This document shows, piece by piece, positions 61,327 through 64,000 of a stretch of 64,000 bases of DNA. The first letter of the stretch is position 1; the number at the start of each line of letters is the position of its first letter. The stretch spans positions 224,001 through 288,000 of the forward strand of contig CAWHBU010000002.1 in NCBI GenBank assembly GCA_963827685.1, read 5' to 3'. The stretch comes from an uncultured delta proteobacterium (GTDB lineage Bacteria; Desulfobacterota; BSN033; UBA1163). Under the pieces are notes generated by a model, which was not told the origin of the DNA, did not search any database, and saw nothing but the letters and a program-made list of their open reading frames with translations. Made by a program: the position numbers and the translations under genes.

Positions 61327-62883
61327 ATGCCTGAACAAAAACCTTTTAACATTCATGACTATTTAGAGATGGGTCTACGCCGAAAGTGGTACATCGTTAT
61401 TCCATTAGTTCTATGTGTTCTGGTTTCCTTCGGTGTTTATAAACACCTCCCCAAGGTCTATAAAGCGACAACCCTGATTCTCGTTCAGCCACAAAGGGTT
61501 CCGGAAAGTTATGTCCGGGCGACCATCACGGATTCTGTGGCAGGCCGATTAAGTACGATTGGTCAGGAAATTTTGAGCCGCACGCGATTGGAAAAAGTTA
61601 TTCAGGAATTTAACCTCTATTCAGAGGTTCGAAATGACGTTCCCATGGAAGGGATCGTCGAAATGATGAGACATGCAGTTGAAGTAAAGGTTCAAGTCAG
61701 TCCTCAAAATGAACGGACACAAAACTCTTTTTCCATCTCTTTCGAGGGCAAAGATCCCAAGACAGTGATGATGGTGACAAACAAGCTGGCGTCTCTATTT
61801 ATTGAGGAAAATTTGAGAGTCCGTGAATCGCAGGCAGAAGGGACTGCTGAATTCCTTAGTAAGGAACTGATGGAAATGGAAGACCGATTAAAGCAAAAAG
61901 AGTACGCTATGCGGAATTTTAAAGAGCGGTCAATGGGTCAACTCCCCCAGCAGCTTGATGCGAATTTGAGAATCCTCGAACGGCTGCAGCAACAACTCCA
62001 GACGACCAGTGAAAACATGAGAGCTGCAGAAGACAGGAGCATGCTGCTCCAAAATCAAATTGAACAGTTGAGGACACGGGGACAATTCTCAATGTCGCAA
62101 AGGCCTCATGGAGATACAGGTACAGGGACGGAAGGCATAGGCAGGCAAGGCATTCCCGAAGATCCATTAATCAACGAATTGAATAATCTAAAACGAGAGT
62201 TAGCAAGCGCACAATCTAAATATAAGGAATCCCATCCAGATGTGATCGATCTCAAGAAAAAAATAGCAAACCTTGAGCTCAAGGTGAAGAAATTATTCGA
62301 AAGACAAGAGGCTGAGAGAACGGGGACAGAAAGGAATGGTCAGGAAGGGGTTGGTGAGGAGAGTCTATCTTCATTCACTTTGGACCCCAATACGGCAAGA
62401 CTCGTTGCTCAATATAGAGAACAATATGACAGTGCAGTGCTCGAAGCGAAGCGCGCAAAGGAAGAGGCAAAGAATTTAAAAGAGCAAATCAGCATCTATC
62501 AAAAAAGAATCGAAGATACGCCAAGGCGGGAGCAAGAGATAGCACTTTTGACAAGAGATTACGACCTCTTAAAGACCAATTATCAATCTCTTATGGGAAA
62601 AAAGATGGAGGCCCAGATGGCGGAGAATCTCGAACGGAAACAGCAAGGTGAACAATTTAAGATTTTAGACCCGGCCCGCGTTCCTGTAAAACCGGTCAAG
62701 CCCGATCGCAATAAAATTTTACTGATGGGAGGTGGCATCGGACTTGTGGCAGGATTGGGGTTGGCCTGGTTTCGAGAATCAATGGATCAATCTTTCCATG
62801 CCGTCTCGGACCTGGAAGACTATTTGGGAATACCCGTTATAGCCACCATCCCAAATCTCAAAGAAGAGAGGAAAGCAGCTTAA
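61327..62883 (+). CDS. Polysaccharide chain-length determinant (Wzc/GumC-like, PEP-CTERM-system type)
   Basis: RRKW, LPKVYKA, YKESHPDV, coiled coil, FKILDPA..PVKP, two TM segments. Confidence 0.9.
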   Translation: MPEQKPFNIHDYLEMGLRRKWYIVIPLVLCVLVSFGVYKHLPKVYKATTLILVQPQRVPESYVRATITDSVAGRLSTIGQEILSRTRLEKVIQEFNLYSEVRNDVPMEGIVEMMRHAVEVKVQVSPQNERTQNSFSISFEGKDPKTVMMVTNKLASLFIEENLRVRESQAEGTAEFLSKELMEMEDRLKQKEYAMRNFKERSMGQLPQQLDANLRILERLQQQLQTTSENMRAAEDRSMLLQNQIEQLRTRGQFSMSQRPHGDTGTGTEGIGRQGIPEDPLINELNNLKRELASAQSKYKESHPDVIDLKKKIANLELKVKKLFERQEAERTGTERNGQEGVGEESLSSFTLDPNTARLVAQYREQYDSAVLEAKRAKEEAKNLKEQISIYQKRIEDTPRREQEIALLTRDYDLLKTNYQSLMGKKMEAQMAENLERKQQGEQFKILDPARVPVKPVKPDRNKILLMGGGIGLVAGLGLAWFRESMDQSFHAVSDLEDYLGIPVIATIPNLKEERKAA

Positions 62884-62931
62884 CTTAATAAAGCGTAAGG
62901 GGGAAGGCGTAAAGCGCAAGGGGTAAGGAGT

Positions 62932-63323
62932 TTGGAGAAACCGCGTAAGAAGTTGGATGTTTGGCAAGCAGCAATGAAAGCAGCAACAATGATATATAAA
63001 TTAACAGATAGATTTCAGGAAGAGGAAAAGTTCGGACTTGTCTCACAAATGAGGCGTGCATCAATCAGCATTCCTTGTAACATCGCTGAAGGCGCGGCAA
63101 GACAAGGGAAAAGAGAGTTCAAGAATTTTCTTAGCATGGCCCAGGGGTCTCTAAGCGAATTAGATACTCAACTAGAACTCGCTATCCTGCTCGGGTATAT
63201 AAGCACTGGAGATCTCCGAGAAATAGGGATCAATTATTAAGGATTGACAAAATGCTTTCAGGGTTAATTCGTAGTCTTACAAATAGGACTATAAACAACA
63301 AGGAGAAACGCTCTCGCGCCTAA
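62932..63323 (+). pseudogene. Four-helix-bundle protein (23S rRNA IVS protein / Avd-like), frameshifted near 63227
   Basis: KLDVWQ..EKFGLVSQMRRASISIPCNIAEG..FLSMAQGSLSELDTQL; last helix DQLLRIDKMLSGLIRSL lies in another frame after ATAGGGAT. Confidence 0.88.
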
Positions 63324-63455
63324 CGCCTTGCGACCGGGCGCTACGCAGGGTCTTGGTACCTGATTTAGCACCTTTCGCCTTGCGCTTTACGGTTTTTTTA
63401 GAAATGTTTAAATGACGCTCTCGCGCCTTGCGACTAACGACTGACGGTCTTTGTT

Positions 63456-64000
63456 ATGTACGAACAATTTTACGGCCTCAGAGAAAACCCTTTCAGTGTG
63501 ACACCAAACCCCGAGTATATCTTTTTGGGGAAGCACCATCGAGAAGCCCTGGCTCAATTACTCTACGGGGTGAGGGAGAAGAAGGGATTCATTGTTATCA
63601 CCGGCGAGGTGGGCACTGGGAAAACAACCCTGGTCCGCTATCTTCTTGATAAATTGGATGATAATGGTCATACAAAAACGGCCTTCGTATTTAACCCGAA
63701 ACTGGCTGTAAACGATTTCATCCAATACATATTGAAAGATCTTGGGGTAAGAGTTCAGGGACAAACGAAGGGTGAGCATCTTCATAACCTGCATCGGTAT
63801 TTACTCAACGCTTATCAGAAGGATGAAAGAGTGATCTTAATAATAGATGAAGCCCAGGGGTTAAAACCAGAGCTGCTTGAAGAGATCAGGCTCCTTTCAA
63901 ACCTTGAGACCTCAAGATCGAAATTGCTTCAAATTGTGTTAGTCGGGCAACCGGAATTTGATAAAACACTCTCGCTGCCGGGATTTCGCCAATTGAGACA
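63456..64000 (+). CDS. ExeA-like AAA ATPase (partial)
   Basis: MYEQFYGLREKPFSVTP, HREALA, ITGEVGTGKTT, IIDEAQ, RLLSNLE and LVGQPE motifs. Confidence 0.92.
   Translation, partial: MYEQFYGLRENPFSVTPNPEYIFLGKHHREALAQLLYGVREKKGFIVITGEVGTGKTTLVRYLLDKLDDNGHTKTAFVFNPKLAVNDFIQYILKDLGVRVQGQTKGEHLHNLHRYLLNAYQKDERVILIIDEAQGLKPELLEEIRLLSNLETSRSKLLQIVLVGQPEFDKTLSLPGFRQLR

Noticed and set aside
62932-63323. Diversity-generating retroelement suggested by the Avd-like gene
   Set aside because: No reverse transcriptase and no TR/VR pair differing at adenines seen in the window

Overview
Bacterial chromosomal window, most consistent with a Desulfobacterota/deltaproteobacterial genome (inference from gene content and repeats). 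In order: (1) 1-5.7 kb (-): secreted-protein locus with a frameshifted Cys-less transglutaminase-like protein, a small AT-rich membrane protein and a prenyltransferase-repeat/CARDB/FN3 protein; (2) 6-16.8 kb (-): GC-richer operon for a group 4 membrane-bound [NiFe]-hydrogenase with an AsrAB/HydBG-like flavin/FeS module and an FdhF-like subunit lacking its catalytic residues; (3) housekeeping genes (GcvH/LbpA-like, acyl-CoA ligase, secDF, rplM-rpsI, argC, mutS, pcm, LysM-M23, tsaD, rsmA, clpB, tRNA-Val, thrS-infC-rpmI-rplT-pheST-ihfA-merR, tRNA-Pro); (4) a 1.8 kb decayed island at tRNA-Pro with an integrase remnant and a 27-bp att repeat; (5) a sigma54 signalling cluster rich in degenerate REC/GGDEF/EBP proteins leading into a wza/wzc/ExeA exopolysaccharide locus. 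The most striking unexplained pattern is a family of intergenic cassettes bounded by mutually complementary tandem 6-7-mer repeats. Two of them contain four-helix-bundle (IVS/Avd-like) genes and several are empty or nested. All calls are from motif recognition; no database searches were run.
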